A stretch of DNA of 40,050 nucleotides from Candidatus Hydrogenedens sp. (lineage in GTDB: Bacteria; Hydrogenedentota; Hydrogenedentia; Hydrogenedentales; Hydrogenedentaceae): positions 1 to 40,050 of the forward strand of contig JBMFRC010000026.1 of the NCBI GenBank assembly GCA_049968235.1. The letters are read 5' to 3'. The notes below the pieces were generated by a model. It was not told the origin of the DNA. It ran no database searches and worked only from the letters and a program-made list of their open reading frames with translations. Each line of letters starts with the position of its first letter. Position 1 is the first letter of the stretch. The translations under genes and the position numbers were made by a program. Positions 38,490 to 40,050 of the stretch are shown one piece after another.

Positions 38490-39754
38490 AAAGATACTTT
38501 CTCCCTATCTGAGTTTTCTTTGGTATATTTTGTATATTCCTGGAAATATTGGATAGCCTTTTCTTCATCTTCCTTTTCTAAATGAATTAGTCCTAAATTA
38601 TAATATGCCAGGGCATATTTTGAATCCAAAGCAATCGCTTTATTAAAACATTTCTCTGCCTGTTCAAATTGGTTCATTCTCCTATAAGTTTCACCTAAAT
38701 CATTATATACCTGCGGACATGTGGAACATAATTCAACTGCTTTCTCAAAAATAGTTTTTGCTTCCTCCAATCGGTTTTCTTTTAGCAATAAGCATCCAAA
38801 ATTTCTTGTAGTCTCTAATGAACTAGGATTGATATTTATCGCTTGTTTATATGCTTTTTCTGCATTAGTTAAATCTCCTAACAGTTCGGATACTACACCC
38901 AGATTAAACCATGCTTCAAAAAATTCTGGGAACAGTTGTGCTGATTTTTTGTAATATTCAAATTTCTTTTTTATATCATCTGTATTTATTCCTTTATTAT
39001 AGGCTTCTATTGCGGACAATATGATAGGGTCTATATTGGGTAAAGGAATAATTTCTGTTTCCATTAACTGTGTCCTTGTTGTATCGACCTTATTGTTATT
39101 TTTTTTATATAAAGGGGTATTTTCTAAAAATTTTTCTATTTCTTTTGATGAGATTGCCAGAGAAAATGCTGTTCCCTCCAATTTCCCGATAATCATTCCT
39201 ATGAAAACACCTTCTTTATTAAACACAGGAGCGCCACTTGCACCTGGGTCTGCATATAAAGTCAATTGATAAACTTTATTTCCTTTGTAGATACGATTGG
39301 AATTGGATACTGTCCCTGTAATAACTGAAAAAGCCAGATTATCTGGTGATGCCAGTGTGAATATACTTGCACCTGCATTCACTGTATCGGTATTAAAAAT
39401 ATCCACCCATGATTGAAAATACTGCTGTGACTTAAGCACAGAAATGTCTTTTTCTTCTGAAATATATTCCACTTTCAAAGGAAACGTTTTTCCGTTAATG
39501 TTTTTTCCTTCTATTTTTTTACTATCCTTTACTTGATGTGCTGTGGCAAGGACATAACCATCGGAAGAAATACAAAAACCACTACCCTGAATAGTATTAC
39601 CATCGCTATCGATACAGTTAATAAGAAGTACTGTATTTTGTTTTTGTTTGACTAAATCTTCCAGACTTACATCGGGAAACATAATGGGGGACAAAAAGAG
39701 AAATATCAAGAAAAGAAGAACGGAATTATTAAAGTATAAAAAAGAAAGCCTCAT
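38450..39754 (-). CDS. Secreted trypsin-like (S1 family) serine peptidase fused to C-terminal TPR repeats
   Basis: Signal peptide, then His (LATAHQV), Asp (KDISVLK) and Ser (DPGASGAPVF) triad contexts typical of chymotrypsin-fold proteases. The C-terminal ~200 aa contain multiple TPRs (AWFNLGVVSELLGDLTNAEKAYKQAININP..., ALAYYNLGLIHLEKEDEEKAIQYF). Confidence 0.75.
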   Translation of the reverse strand: MRLSFLYFNNSVLLFLIFLFLSPIMFPDVSLEDLVKQKQNTVLLINCIDSDGNTIQGSGFCISSDGYVLATAHQVKDSKKIEGKNINGKTFPLKVEYISEEKDISVLKSQQYFQSWVDIFNTDTVNAGASIFTLASPDNLAFSVITGTVSNSNRIYKGNKVYQLTLYADPGASGAPVFNKEGVFIGMIIGKLEGTAFSLAISSKEIEKFLENTPLYKKNNNKVDTTRTQLMETEIIPLPNIDPIILSAIEAYNKGINTDDIKKKFEYYKKSAQLFPEFFEAWFNLGVVSELLGDLTNAEKAYKQAININPSSLETTRNFGCLLLKENRLEEAKTIFEKAVELCSTCPQVYNDLGETYRRMNQFEQAEKCFNKAIALDSKYALAYYNLGLIHLEKEDEEKAIQYFQEYTKYTKENSDREKVSLWIEEMKKRKKIQ

Positions 39755-39842
39755 GTGATATTCTCTAAATATCTATAAGTTGTTTATTATCATTTTATCA
39801 TGAAAAACTATCTAATGTTTTCATTTAAATCTATCAAATATC

Positions 39843-40050
39843 ATGAAGTTAAATAAAAATTTTATAAGCACTTTAAGTATGGTATCTAATTTGGGGTTTT
39901 CTTTATGTATATTTGTTTTTTTTGGTTATTTTATCGGGAATAAATTAGACCAGTATTTTCAAACAAATGGGATATTGTTAGCAATTTTTATTATTTTATC
40001 AATTTTAACGGGCTTTATTGGCTTCTTTATTACAATATTTAAGAACATAA
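39843..40050 (+). CDS. AtpZ/AtpI-like small membrane protein; partial, running off the window
   Basis: MKLNKNFISTLSMVSNLGFSLCIFVFFGYFIGNKLDQYFQTNGILLAIFIILSILTGFIGFF matches the AtpZ pattern (LG...G.F.G..LD.......L.......G). This usually precedes an F-type ATPase operon. No stop lies within the window. Confidence 0.45.
   Translation, partial: MKLNKNFISTLSMVSNLGFSLCIFVFFGYFIGNKLDQYFQTNGILLAIFIILSILTGFIGFFITIFKNI

Noticed and set aside
1-40050. Search for CRISPR arrays, tRNA/rRNA genes, IS elements, integrases and defence-system hallmarks
   Set aside because: No direct-repeat/spacer periodicity is present. No intergenic region is long or GC-rich enough for a tRNA cloverleaf. I saw no transposase, integrase, restriction-modification, toxin-antitoxin or nuclease/helicase defence signatures in any frame. 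The window looks like core chromosome rather than an accessory island.

Overview
This is an AT-rich bacterial chromosomal window, probably from a diderm lineage because kdsA and kdsD (KDO/LPS biosynthesis) are present. It is densely packed with housekeeping genes. I cannot assign the organism from sequence alone.

Genes are arranged in strand blocks.

- 1-16058, minus strand: a zapA-like partial gene, a coiled-coil protein, pheT, pheS, yggS, a signal-anchored TPR-like protein, an ABC-2 permease, an ABC ATPase, a MauE/DoxX-thioredoxin fusion, pssA, psd, radC, prmC, prfA, rpmE, a leuA/cimA-family synthase and queG.
- 16111-28174, plus strand: a DUF393 thiol-disulfide oxidoreductase, a PaaI thioesterase, mtnA, kdsA, kdsD, a small membrane protein, cmk, recJ, a PilZ-like protein, a stand-alone receiver, pgsA, der, plsY and a DUF2723/TPR membrane glycosyltransferase-like protein.
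- 28268-33307, minus strand: two paralogous small secreted proteins (one frameshifted), a large LplT-PlsC-Aas lysophospholipid-recycling fusion, and a MarR regulator.
- 33420-34313, plus strand: a TIGR01777 epimerase.
- 34306-39754, minus strand: an anchored secreted protein, a TPR/CsgG-like envelope protein, a Hanks Ser/Thr kinase and a TPR-trypsin-like protease.
- 39843 to the end, plus strand: the start of an AtpZ-like gene.

I found no rRNA, tRNA, CRISPR array or mobile element.

The most unusual content is:
- a kinase / TPR-protease / TPR-CsgG-like envelope gene cluster;
- a marR - lplT-plsC-aas - small secreted protein operon with a frameshifted paralogue;
- an ABC-2 transporter with an uncharacterised signal-anchored TPR-like partner.

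None of these can be confirmed as a novel system without homology searches. All product calls come from motif and pattern recognition in the supplied translations, not from database hits.
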